Shown here piece after piece: positions 32,632-41,884 of a DNA stretch of 52,329 nucleotides. The first letter of the stretch is position 1. Each line of letters starts with the position of its first letter. Both the position numbers and the translations under genes were made by a program. Source of the stretch: an uncultured Planctomycetota bacterium. GTDB lineage: Bacteria; Planctomycetota; Planctomycetia; Isosphaerales; Isosphaeraceae. The notes under the pieces are model-generated. The model was not told the DNA's origin. It made no database searches and saw nothing but the letters and a program-made list of their open reading frames with translations. The stretch covers positions 1 through 52,329 of the forward strand of contig CAWJTV010000008.1 of NCBI GenBank assembly GCA_963845755.1, in the 5' to 3' direction.

Positions 32632-33570
32632 ATGTTGTCGTGTCTGCGACTGGTTCCGCACGTCTCGACCAATATCCTCTTGGCAACGCTGCTGCTGTTC
32701 GCGTCGGCTCTGCTTTCCCCCCCCTCCCTCACGGCGGGGGACGTGCTTGAGATCATCCCCCAAAAGCCGCAAAAATTTGGGACAGACAGTATCGATGTCT
32801 CCGTCGATGGAGTACAGCAACTCGGTGTCAAATTCAAGCCCACAGCACTGACCCAGGATGCCAAGGCCCGAGCCCTTGCGGCTGCACTCGAGGCTACTGG
32901 CGACTATAACGTCATGCTCGTGACCCCTGTGAACGCACCCGTGGGGGTCAGGATCACTGCGAAAAAGCCGGGGAAGGGCGTGACCAGTGCGGCCTTCTCC
33001 CGCTTCGGAAACGCCACCGGCCAGACGGGAGCGGAATACATCGTTAATCCAGGTCAAAATAACGTCTTCATTAATAGAGGTAGTTTATCATTTGATTATG
33101 GATCGACTGCCCCGAATGGGGTCCTCGCGGGCCATGACAGCAGCGGCTCGATGTCCGTGTTTACGGCCTCGTTCTCGTTCTTTCAGCCCTCCACCGGCCA
33201 GACGGTTACCTCCCAATCCGACTTTTCCTTCAGCCAGTTGCAAAGCTTCTCCAACACCCAAACCCCCACCGCGGACGACCTCACCAATCTCACATTCCAG
33301 GATCTAAAGGATACTCTCCCTCTCAGCCTACAACCGCTGCTCCAACTAGAGCCTGATCCCTACGGACACGAACTCATCGCCTTCAGTTTTCCGAACATGA
33401 TCGGCAGCCCCTCCGTCGAGACGAACGTCACCGATGTTAATGCCCAATTTGACTTGGTCTTGAGTGGCACGGGCGTTCCTGAGCCTAGTTCCGTCATCCT
33501 GCTGACCGCGGGGATCGTCGGTTCACTCGGTTACGTCCTGCGCCGCGAATCGCGCCGAGTCGTCCGCTGA
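32632..33570 (+). CDS. PEP-CTERM sorting domain-containing protein
   Basis: GGAGGAG RBS, signal peptide, and C-terminal VPEPSSVILLTAGIVGSLGYVLRRESRR. Confidence 0.88.
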   Translation: MLSCLRLVPHVSTNILLATLLLFASALLSPPSLTAGDVLEIIPQKPQKFGTDSIDVSVDGVQQLGVKFKPTALTQDAKARALAAALEATGDYNVMLVTPVNAPVGVRITAKKPGKGVTSAAFSRFGNATGQTGAEYIVNPGQNNVFINRGSLSFDYGSTAPNGVLAGHDSSGSMSVFTASFSFFQPSTGQTVTSQSDFSFSQLQSFSNTQTPTADDLTNLTFQDLKDTLPLSLQPLLQLEPDPYGHELIAFSFPNMIGSPSVETNVTDVNAQFDLVLSGTGVPEPSSVILLTAGIVGSLGYVLRRESRRVVR

Positions 33571-33591
33571 CTCCGCGTCGGCGGAGTTCTT
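33570..33591 (+). terminator. Possible intrinsic terminator
   Basis: ACTCCGC-GTCG-GCGGAGT stem-loop followed by TCTT, directly after the stop codon. Confidence 0.45.
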
Positions 33592-33612
33592 GGGTGTAGA
33601 GTGGATCGGTGA

Positions 33613-33662
33613 AACCCCGCCAGCCGAGGCGACCGTCAACCTCTACGGTCGGCCTCGGCATC
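33613..33662 (+). repeat. Hairpin-micro-ORF unit, copy E (hairpin only)
   Basis: AACCCCGCCAGCCGAGGCGACCGT-CAACCTCT-ACGGTC-G-GCCTCGGCATC has the same arms as 36608-36657. Confidence 0.8.
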
Positions 33663-33666
33663 TTTT

Positions 33667-34506
33667 TTACTCCGCCGGGAACACCTCATTGAGCACCATC
33701 GCCAGCCGCACCCCCGCCTGATACAACCGCCGCTTCGCAACGGGAAGGCTCTTCTCATAATACTGATCCCCCAGCTTGGCACCAGGCTTGATCCTTTGCC
33801 CCGTTGCTGGGTCCTGGTAGGCTTCCCTGGCCGCTAGCAGGCTCTCCGTCGCCCAATCCTCGACGGAGCCGCCCTGAGCCTTCTGGCGGGCCTCTGGCGT
33901 TTCGATCGCGACCAGGTCATCGCGCCAACCGTCTTCGCCCCGCGACGCATGGTCGATTATCCCGGAATCCCACACCCGGTGCATGTTGGACCCCCGGGTG
34001 AACCAACGAACCTGGGTATCGTTCCCGCCGCGGTCATGGTTATCGCCGACGTGTAGCGGCATGTGGAGATCCTCGACCAGGTGCACGACGAACCGCAGGG
34101 CCTGACGTCGTTCCGCAACCGGGGCGTCCGGGTTCCCCAGGACATTCAGGAACTCCCGGATCTTCGGCACGATGAAGCCATGGCGGGAGTCGTCCGCGGC
34201 CCACTTGTCATCGTACTTAGGCTCGTCCAGAGGGACGTCTACGTAGTGCCAAGGGGCGGACTGCCTCATCCTCCCCCGGACCTCATCGGCCCAGGTCGAG
34301 CAGTCGGCCAGCGACTCACCTGGAAGCAGTAGCTCGGTGATGGCTGCCTTGGCGCTCGGGCTCAAGTGTCGTTCCGCCAGCTTCGCGATGACCCGATGGC
34401 GGAGTCGTCCCCACGCGAAGGCGGGTGTGGCCTGGAAGGCGATAAGGAGCGTCAACCCGAGAACGAGCCCGGGTCGATGGGCCGTTCTGAATCGGTGGTG
34501 AGGCAT
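33667..34506 (-). CDS. S1/P1 nuclease (secreted), uninterrupted copy
   Basis: Signal peptide then WGRLRHRV, WADEVR, WHYVD, ALRFVVHLVEDLHMPLHVG, DRGGN, NMHRVWD and AGVRLA. Confidence 0.95.
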   Translation of the reverse strand: MPHHRFRTAHRPGLVLGLTLLIAFQATPAFAWGRLRHRVIAKLAERHLSPSAKAAITELLLPGESLADCSTWADEVRGRMRQSAPWHYVDVPLDEPKYDDKWAADDSRHGFIVPKIREFLNVLGNPDAPVAERRQALRFVVHLVEDLHMPLHVGDNHDRGGNDTQVRWFTRGSNMHRVWDSGIIDHASRGEDGWRDDLVAIETPEARQKAQGGSVEDWATESLLAAREAYQDPATGQRIKPGAKLGDQYYEKSLPVAKRRLYQAGVRLAMVLNEVFPAE

Positions 34507-34860
34507 TGCTCGTGGTCTCCCGAGTCGCTGTAGGTGAGGGACAGATTATCGCTCCAAGCGACAGAAGAGGCAATCACCTCAACCAATCGGGCCGATCATC
34601 GCATTCCTTGGCGACATGCCGCCATCTATCTCCATGGATTCAGATTGTTCGCGGATAAAGCCACGGCTTACCATGGCTGTCAATTCAGTAACTAAGTATG
34701 TCGTGTTGATTCTTATCAACCCGCACTTGTATGCGCCATCGCGTGAATGTAAGTAGGAAGCGCTCACTGCTGGCGAATCGGTCGTTTCTTGCCGCTCCTG
34801 CTCGCGTCGGGCAGGAGGAGGGGCCGGCGCGCGCCGTGATGGCGACGATGAGGTGAGGAG

Positions 34861-35982
34861 ATGCCCAGGGGCGCTGCCGCAGGTGTTTTCGTGCTCGTGA
34901 TGACGTCGGTCCTGGGATCGGCGCGGGGCCAGACGATTTACAACGACGGCGGCACTCACACGGTCAACGGCACAAGCGGGCCGATCCTCCTCGAAGGAAG
35001 CGGAACGACTCTCGACCTGGTTTCGCCCGCTACGATCAGTGGATCAAGCGGGATTCAATCCGGCGTGGCGATCATCGGACAGGTGGGCACGACAATCAAC
35101 CTGCTTGGAGGTCAGGTGAACGGTGGGATCGGAGCCGGAGGGAGCTTCTCCGCCTCGGGGGGCGTCGTTCAAGGCGGAGATACGACCCGAATGCCCGGAG
35201 TCGGTGGAACGGCACTCGACCTGGCGGCACCTTCAGGATTCCCTTCGGCATCGGCCCAGATTAGTGGCGGGACGTTTATAGGTGAGAACGCTAGCTTTCT
35301 CGGTGGAATCGGATTTGTGCTCACTACGCTGGGCGGTACCACTGGCAATAGCTCGTCGATTTCGGGTGGAACGTTTCAAGGTGGGTCCGGAGGCACGACT
35401 GGGAACGGAGGAGATGGTGGCCATTTCGACCTCAATTTGACCGCTTTGACGATCAACGGTGGCACATTCATTGGTGGGTCGGGATTTCGATCAGGCAATA
35501 CAAATGGAAACGGTTTGATTCTCAATTCCTTCGGATGTAGTGAGAGTATCACAGGTGGCAGTTTCTCAGGGGCGGATTCGCTGATCTTCGGAGGTTATTC
35601 CAGTTCACTGGTTATTTCTGGGGGCACCTTTCACAACCAGATGGGGTTTGGACTCGACGATGTTGGTACGTCGGTTACTTTCCTCGGGACGGGACTAAAC
35701 TATGACTCAGCCAATGGAATAATCACAGGAACACTCGACGATGGAAGTGTGCTGTCCACAACTCTCCAGCTTGGCTCGGTGAACCCCCATCTCGTCATTC
35801 AAGTCACGAATAATTCGGGGGAGGAAATAGAGTTTTCCGCGATCGCATCAGGATCAGTCCCTGAGCCCTCATCGATCGTGATTCTCGCAATCGGACTTTT
35901 GGGACTGGCCGCCGCCAAAGCCTACCGATCCCGTGGACGACATGGCTCCAGCAAGGATGCAGGCGAACGGCCTCAAAGCTGA
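34861..35982 (+). CDS. Gly-rich PEP-CTERM protein with I-S/N-GG-T-F beta-helix-like repeats
   Basis: Signal peptide, repeated ISGGTF/INGGTF, and VPEPSSIVILAIGLLGLAAAKAYRSR. Confidence 0.88.
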   Translation: MPRGAAAGVFVLVMTSVLGSARGQTIYNDGGTHTVNGTSGPILLEGSGTTLDLVSPATISGSSGIQSGVAIIGQVGTTINLLGGQVNGGIGAGGSFSASGGVVQGGDTTRMPGVGGTALDLAAPSGFPSASAQISGGTFIGENASFLGGIGFVLTTLGGTTGNSSSISGGTFQGGSGGTTGNGGDGGHFDLNLTALTINGGTFIGGSGFRSGNTNGNGLILNSFGCSESITGGSFSGADSLIFGGYSSSLVISGGTFHNQMGFGLDDVGTSVTFLGTGLNYDSANGIITGTLDDGSVLSTTLQLGSVNPHLVIQVTNNSGEEIEFSAIASGSVPEPSSIVILAIGLLGLAAAKAYRSRGRHGSSKDAGERPQS

Positions 35983-36154
35983 ATTCGCTCAGGACGCGAC
36001 CAATACCCCAGTCACCAGAAAGCCCCCGCAGTCATCTTGGCCCCATGGCTTCTTCATTGTGCCGGCACGAACTCCCGATCCACGACCACCCATAACCCAG
36101 GCAACTCAATCTTGTGCCCGGTCAGCCGCCAGAGCTCGCGCCCTAGCGATTTCA

Positions 36155-36391
36155 TCACGCCGGCCGGAATTCCCGATCCACCACGATCCACCTCTCCGGC
36201 AGCTCCGCGCCGCGGATCGAGAGGCGCCAGACCGCCATGCCAGCGGCATCCGAGCCGACGCAGATCGCGGTTCCCACCGGGACTGCATCATCGGGCGCCT
36301 CCAGGATGCCGATCGGATTTCGGACGGCTGCGAACATCAGGAGCCCGAGGGCCGGGCCGGTGCTGGCGTAGTACCACATGGCGTTGATCAC
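36155..36391 (-). CDS. Small hypothetical protein
   Basis: AGGAG upstream of GTG and a globular-looking 78-aa sequence ending VWRLSIRG..RWIVVDREFRPA. Confidence 0.5.
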   Translation of the reverse strand: MINAMWYYASTGPALGLLMFAAVRNPIGILEAPDDAVPVGTAICVGSDAAGMAVWRLSIRGAELPERWIVVDREFRPA

Positions 36392-36471
36392 CCGAACCGA
36401 GATCGCTCCTCTTCGATCACTCAGTGAAACCTTAGTTTATGTTGGGGCTTGGAGCGCCCGACCGCCGCGGT

Positions 36472-36559
36472 GGTGAGAGACCGTCCCGTTGCTTCCACCC
36501 TACCGCCCTGGCACACTGGATGGGTCCAGCAACGACAAGGCGGGAGTGTCGGCCGGGCC
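36472..36559 (+). repeat. Intergenic repeat copy 2
   Basis: Same GGTGAG..CCGTTGC..GGTCC(A/G)GCAACGACAAGGCGGGAGTGTCGGCCGGGCC layout as 29642-29731. Confidence 0.85.
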
Positions 36560-36607
36560 TGTCTGCTGAGGCCGCACTCACAAACCGTCGAGCGGAGGCA
36601 GCCGTCC

Positions 36608-36870
36608 AACCCCGTCAGCCGAGGCGGTCTCTTACATCACTGATCGGCCTCGGCATCACTCCCAGACAGGCATGGCCAGCATGTTCAGGATCTCACGTAA
36701 GGGCGAAGGCATCGACGACAGCGACACCCTTGAGGGCGACCGGGAGATCGTCCGGGACGGGCAGCCAGGCCGGTATTATGTGGATGAGATCAGGGGGAGC
36801 CATTCCCGACAGGGCACACCAGCCGGTCGTGGGGTCGGCTGATCCGGCATCCGGACGGGCGCGTTGGGGA
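36608..36870 (+). repeat. Hairpin-micro-ORF unit, copy D (ATG 36681, frameshift in G-run near 36795, 3' end lost)
   Basis: Hairpin then MFRISRKGEGIDDSDTLEGDREIVRDGQPGRYYVDEIRG / EPFPTGHTSRSWGRLIRHPDGRVG. Confidence 0.85.
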
Positions 36871-38063
36871 GGTTCCTGTCTGTGGTCGCACCGAGGATGC
36901 CTCGCCGCTTCGCCTACGCGATGTCGGCGGAACCGGTCCGACACGGCCATTTCGCCCGATCGATCGGATTCCACTCGTGAAACGAGCCGAGTCCTGCGGG
37001 GACCACTCGCCAGACAGATGCTTCGTGCTCCGACAACCGATCGTCACCGTTCGCAACGGCGTGACGGAGGCAAATACTGATGAACGTCCCTGCGATTTCC
37101 ACCGGCCGGCCATGATCAGGCGAAGAATTTCCCTGGGGATGGGCTCGTTGAGCGACCAAGGTATCGGTCGTCACCAACAAGTCCGTGAGCCGGGGCGCAG
37201 CGACGGATCGTCCGCTTCGCTGACTCGCTGCCAGGAAGACTACCAGGAAGACAGCGAAGGCCTGGAGGGAGAACTTCCGATGGATGTCCCACCCGGAAGG
37301 ATGCTCATAACGGCTCGAGAGGCGCGGAGATACCCGACAACGAGGCCATGGTTCGACTCCACTCATTTCCATGTCATCGCGGCACGATGCACCGGAGCAT
37401 CTGCGGGGGCGATGTCGTCGCACTCGGTTGTTACGACCGAAGTTCGTCCCCGCGCGGGGGTGCTGGCGCCAACGAAGCAATAGGGCTCGGAACTGGCCAG
37501 GGGTCCGAGTTTCGCGCATCGGGGCAACTTCTGCTGATAATGGCGTGTGATGCCACTCAACTCTATCTCACTCCCGAATGACATCGGGCTATATCGCGAA
37601 ACCGTTGGGCTCCGGTGATGCAACGGAGCATCATCTCTTTGACAGGATGTAATTCGCGACTTAGACAGAGGCGACGGCCTTCACGACCGGCTGCCCTCGC
37701 GGCAGTTGGCCCTGACTGCCAGCCTGCAATTCTCCCGGCCAGACGGATGTTCCGAGGATCCGCTTCGTCGTCGTGCCAATTATCACGGGGGTTGCGGTTC
37801 CGGGCTTGATGCTCGTGGTCTTGCTCCGTTGGGCCATCCCGACCGACGAGCTGAACCACTGGGGTCCGGCTTCGTGGATCCGGACGAGACATGTTTCGCA
37901 AGCATGTCGGCGGAACCGGTGCGTCGCGACAAGCCAGATGGCCGATACCGGTTGGGCTCCGCTCTCGCAGTCGGATTGAAGTTCTCTTTCAAGGGCTAAG
38001 AAAAAGAGCAGACCAGCCACGGCCGCAGCCGTGGCCAGCCCGCCTCGTGATCGAACAATCCCA

Positions 38064-38390
38064 TCAAGGTCGGTAGAACTCATGCTTCCGCACCAGGTGA
38101 TCTCCGAACGCGAGGCCGCCCCCGAATCCGAAGATTGCCCCCAGCGGCCCGGCCAGGTTCCACCCCACCGCACCGCCGATCAGCCCCATCGCGATCCTGT
38201 ACCACGCGCTGAAGCCGTTGAAGAGCTTCCGGCGATCACGACCACGGATATCCGGGAAGATCCAGTCGTAGACGTGCCTCGCCCCGAAATCCTGAAACGA
38301 ATTGGGCCGGACCTGGTACCCGCCGCGGTAATGATGCGGCGGTCGCCGGCCCGGCCGCTTCTTGCGTCGATTGGGATAAGGTCTTCCCAC
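38064..38390 (-). CDS. Small membrane protein with glycine-zipper-like C-terminus
   Basis: Abuts the upstream gene and contains MGLIGGAVGWNLAGPLGAIFGFGGGLAFG. Confidence 0.6.
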   Translation of the reverse strand: MGRPYPNRRKKRPGRRPPHHYRGGYQVRPNSFQDFGARHVYDWIFPDIRGRDRRKLFNGFSAWYRIAMGLIGGAVGWNLAGPLGAIFGFGGGLAFGDHLVRKHEFYRP

Positions 38391-38942
38391 TCAAACCCCC
38401 TCTCCGGCTGGCGGGATCGCCAGTGCCTCGCGCTCGAGCTTGGTCGGCTCGTCGCCGAGGAACTCTCCAACCTTGCCCCAGAGCTGGCGGATCTGGGCCG
38501 GTGAGCAGGCGAGCCAGACGGTGTCGAGCAGGCGATCCTTCTCGGCACGGAGCCGCAGGATCTGCCGGCCGATCTCGTGCTCGGCCAGTAACTCGTCCTC
38601 GTGAACCGCCTGCCGATGGGAAACCGCCCTGGTGACCTCGGGCTCGTGACGGCTGTAATAGACCTCCTCGATCTGGTCGATCTCGACCCCGCGCACCCGG
38701 GCGAGCATGGTGCGCTGGGCCTGCCGCTCGCGACGGGCCAGCACCTCCTTCTGGGCGGCGATCTGGTCCAGTTCCGATTGGATCTCGGCCAGTCCCAGCG
38801 AGGCCAGGGCACGTCCTCGAGCCGAGTGCTTGATCCGGTCCATCAGGCCCGGGTCGCCAGCCAGGGTCGCCTCGATCCGCCGATTGACCTTGGCCTCGAT
38901 CCGGTCGCGCCAATGTGTCTTTTCCGCGACGGTCAAACCCAT
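38391..38942 (-). CDS. Helical hypothetical protein of mobile-element-like operon
   Basis: GAGG RBS and a clean ORF MGLTVAEKTHWRDRIEAKV...LLDTVWLACSP. Confidence 0.8.
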   Translation of the reverse strand: MGLTVAEKTHWRDRIEAKVNRRIEATLAGDPGLMDRIKHSARGRALASLGLAEIQSELDQIAAQKEVLARRERQAQRTMLARVRGVEIDQIEEVYYSRHEPEVTRAVSHRQAVHEDELLAEHEIGRQILRLRAEKDRLLDTVWLACSPAQIRQLWGKVGEFLGDEPTKLEREALAIPPAGEGV

Positions 38943-39001
38943 GTCGGTTCCTCGCGATGTAGGTGGTTCTGGGTTGTTCTCGACGCCGTCCTGATGGCTG
39001 C

Positions 39002-39487
39002 TCAGATCTGGCTGGCAGCCTTGAGCGTGTCGATCAGGTCGGACGCTTGCTTGAGCGACAGATCCTCGGGGCGCTCGACGCCGAAATCCTGCCGGAGCAG
39101 GCCGTCCAGGTCGGCGTTCTGACGATGCGCGATCGAGCGGATCGCCCGGACCTGGTTCTCGGTCGCGGGCTTGCGGGCGCGGGACTGCCCGCAAGTCGGA
39201 GGCGCGGGACGGCCATTGCCGTTGGCGTGGCCATTGGTCGTGTGACGAGGCGGAGCAGCCGGCGGGTCATGCGGCGCCTCGACGGGCACCTGCAGCCGGG
39301 CCAGTTCATCGTGGACCGCCTGGTGGGCCGCGACGTAGGCCGAACGGACCCGGGCGTGGAAGGCATCGAGGTCGTGTTCGATTAAGGCCGAGTCGAGTTC
39401 GATCTCCACATTGCAGCTCGCGCCTACCGAGCCATAGTCCGGCAGACCGACCTTTCGACTGACGCCCACATTGAGTTTCAGGGGCAC
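39002..39487 (-). CDS. Hypothetical protein with C-terminal ATxxQ..LSxxQASxLID helical module
   Basis: AAGGAG RBS, MPLKLNVGVSRKVGLPDYGSVGASC and ATENQVRAI..LSLKQASDLIDTLK. Confidence 0.8.
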   Translation of the reverse strand: MPLKLNVGVSRKVGLPDYGSVGASCNVEIELDSALIEHDLDAFHARVRSAYVAAHQAVHDELARLQVPVEAPHDPPAAPPRHTTNGHANGNGRPAPPTCGQSRARKPATENQVRAIRSIAHRQNADLDGLLRQDFGVERPEDLSLKQASDLIDTLKAASQI

Positions 39488-39591
39488 GGTGCGGATCTCC
39501 TTCGTAAGAGAGCAAGGGACCGGGCCGGCGGACCTCCCTGACGGACAGGGTGAATCGATGGCTCACCAGCCGAGTGTCTCGGGATACCGGG

Positions 39592-41074
39592 TCAGGCGAC
39601 GACGTCCTGGAGCTTCAGTTCGCGCAAGGACCTCAACGTCTCGCTGACCAGCCGCGACTGCTTGCGCTGGCGCCGCAGGCCGGCGATCAGGCGGCTCGTT
39701 CGGGACCTTGCATCGGCCAGTGCGGCGTGCAGCGACTCGGCCTCCGCGATCAGAGCTGCCAGGCTGATGCCGGGCTGCTCGGTGCCGGAACAGCTCGTCG
39801 TCTCCGGTCGTCTCGCCTCCGTGTGGCCGTTGGTTTCAGCCGACCGCACCGTCGCGTGGCCATTTCTCCCGACGGGTCCTGACATCGGTCTCCTCGTGCT
39901 CTCGTTGCGGGTTGGAACACGACTCGCGGCGCCGGTCGCCGCGCTCGATTCGATGCGCAGTCACGACGGCGTTCGCATCGGGTGGCGATCCGACGCTCAA
40001 CGGCTGTATCGTGAAGATCCGTCTCTCGTCACGACAGACGAACGGCGACTCGCCCCCTGCAAAACCGATCTCGCTGAACCCCAGCCTCAGGGCCCGGTCC
40101 AGGAACACGCGGTTGGTGGCGATGCAGAGCGGCGAGCCGGTATAGCTCGACCGGCTGAGGATCAGCTCTGTCACCTGCTCGGTCTGGTCGGCAGCGCTGG
40201 CCCGGACGGCAATCCGGCCGTTCAATTCCAGGGTCACAGGGCTGTTGAACTCATCGCCGCCGGGCAGGCGGTCCAGAGCGGATTCGAGGAACCGCGCGTC
40301 CGCGGCATCCAGCCTTAGCCGGGTCGAAATCTCGCCGTCGGTGAGAATCACCCGCTGGAGGTCGGGGAACCGGGCCTCCTTCTGGATCTCGCAGTAGACC
40401 GTCCAGGCCCCGGCGTGGATCACGACGTGGGTATCGGTCCTCCCGACCTCGACCGGCTGATCGTGAGGGATCGCCCGGCAGCCGAAGATCGGGCGACCCT
40501 TGATCAGGAGGTTGTCAGGCCAGGGAAATGTATAGCCCGAGCGAACCAGGCCCTGCCGTCCGTCCGTGGCCAGGATCTTGCCGTGGTTCCCCTGGAGCTG
40601 GAGGCACTCCAACGAGTAGCGCGGCGAGTCGGGGGTGCTGACCTCGACCGCCTCGGCGATGGCGTCGAGCAATTCACCCGGGTTCGAGGCCCAGGCCGCC
40701 GGCAGCCCCGGCATCGGCTCCAGGCGATCGACGGGCGTGACGATGTGATACTCGCGGCTCTGGGGGATGCTCCGATCTTCCCAGCGGACGACGGTCCGGT
40801 CGGGGGCGACCGACTCGAGGACGACGGGCGAATCGGCCGATCCCTCGAAGTCGGCCAGGGCGTCGAGCGGGATCGCGATGCTCGTGGCGGGCCGGAAGCT
40901 GCCGGCCTCGACGTGCTCGACCGCGAGGTCGCAGTACCGATGTTGCGCCCGTACTTGCGCACCCTCGGCGCGGAGCACGAGCTCGGAGATGATGCCCCGA
41001 TGAGTGATGCCGAGAATCGAGCGGCGGAAGACCTGGCGGAGCCGCTTGACCTGGCTGCGGGTCAGTGTGATCAC
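39592..41074 (-). CDS. Divergent DNA polymerase III beta-clamp-like protein with coiled-coil tail (frameshift near 39960; tail 39592-39885 may be a separate gene)
   Basis: ELLDAIAEA..PDSPRYSLECLQL..ILATDGRQ, ARFPDLQRVI and IATNRVFLDRAL parallel the DnaN motifs (ETRxxLNG, VATDGHR, GxFPDYxRVI, IGFNxxYLxDAL). Confidence 0.65.
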
Positions 41075-41149
41075 GGTTCGGGACTCCTGATGGATGGAAA
41101 TGCCGGGATGAGAAGACCAGGACACGGGTCAGAAGCGGGATCGGCACGA

Positions 41150-41461
41150 TCAGGCGGGGATATAGCGACGCTGGGCGTGGCTCATAGCCGCCCGGGAGCT
41201 GGCCGGGAAGACGTCGCGGTCCTGGAAGTCGAAGTAGACGTCGCAGCCGTGGCACTCGGCCAGGGCGTTCGAGCCGTCGTGGGTCCGGCCCGGATAGGGG
41301 ACCTGGTCGCCGCAGAACGGGCAGTGGACGACCAGGCGGATCTCCTCGGTTACCGGCTCCTCGCAGGGCTGCGACTTCAACTGGAATCCGAGCCGGCGGA
41401 TCACGGACACCGACTCGCCGGTCCTGGCGGCGATCCGCGAGTTGAGCTGGGTGCGGGTCAT
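41150..41461 (-). CDS. Small protein: HU-like N-terminal helices plus Zn ribbon
   Basis: AGGAGG RBS, MTRTQLNSRIAARTGES and CPFC..CHGC. Confidence 0.7.
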   Translation of the reverse strand: MTRTQLNSRIAARTGESVSVIRRLGFQLKSQPCEEPVTEEIRLVVHCPFCGDQVPYPGRTHDGSNALAECHGCDVYFDFQDRDVFPASSRAAMSHAQRRYIPA

Positions 41462-41638
41462 GATGGCCTCCTGCCGCGCCGGCCCGGTGCCCCGCATCCC
41501 GGCGCGCACCCGCCTCGCGGCCAGGGCGCCGCCGAGAGGGGGCACCGCGGGTCCGGGCGCGGGGTGATGTTCAGGGTGGTGGAGGAAAAGACGGCCGGAT
41601 GCCGGCCGTGGGAAGGTCGAAGGAAGAAGAGCAGGATT

Positions 41639-41884
41639 TCAAACGGATCCGTTCAGCCAGTTGCGTTCCAGCCAATCGTGCTCGGCCTGCAAGGCCTCGC
41701 TGCGTCGGTCGAACGGCCCAAGCATCGGGCCGCCCACCGGAGACAGGTCGGCCCGCCAGCGGCCCTGCGCATCGGGCTCGACCTGGCTGGCCCGGGTGAT
41801 CGTGGGGCGGCCGAGGATGGTGAGATCGATCATCTCATCGTAGATCGCCAGGACCGTCCCGTCGGGCTTGACGAGCAGTTTCAC
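41639..41884 (-). CDS. Small hypothetical protein of mobile-element-like operon
   Basis: GTGA overlap with the upstream stop, and RASQVEPD..GRWRADLSPVGGP.LGPF..RSEAL.AE..WL. Confidence 0.8.
   Translation of the reverse strand: MKLLVKPDGTVLAIYDEMIDLTILGRPTITRASQVEPDAQGRWRADLSPVGGPMLGPFDRRSEALQAEHDWLERNWLNGSV

Noticed and set aside
17795..36870. Classical integron cassette array
   Set aside because: There is no IntI, the hairpins lack the paired RYYYAAC...GTTRRRY boxes, and cargo genes lie on both strands.
36900..38060. ORFs 36914-37519, 36977-37483, 37661-38173 and 37773-37979
   Set aside because: No recognisable motifs or convincing starts. The region looks like degraded sequence with palindromes and a 17-bp repeat (ATGTCGGCGGAACCGGT near 36920 and 37904).
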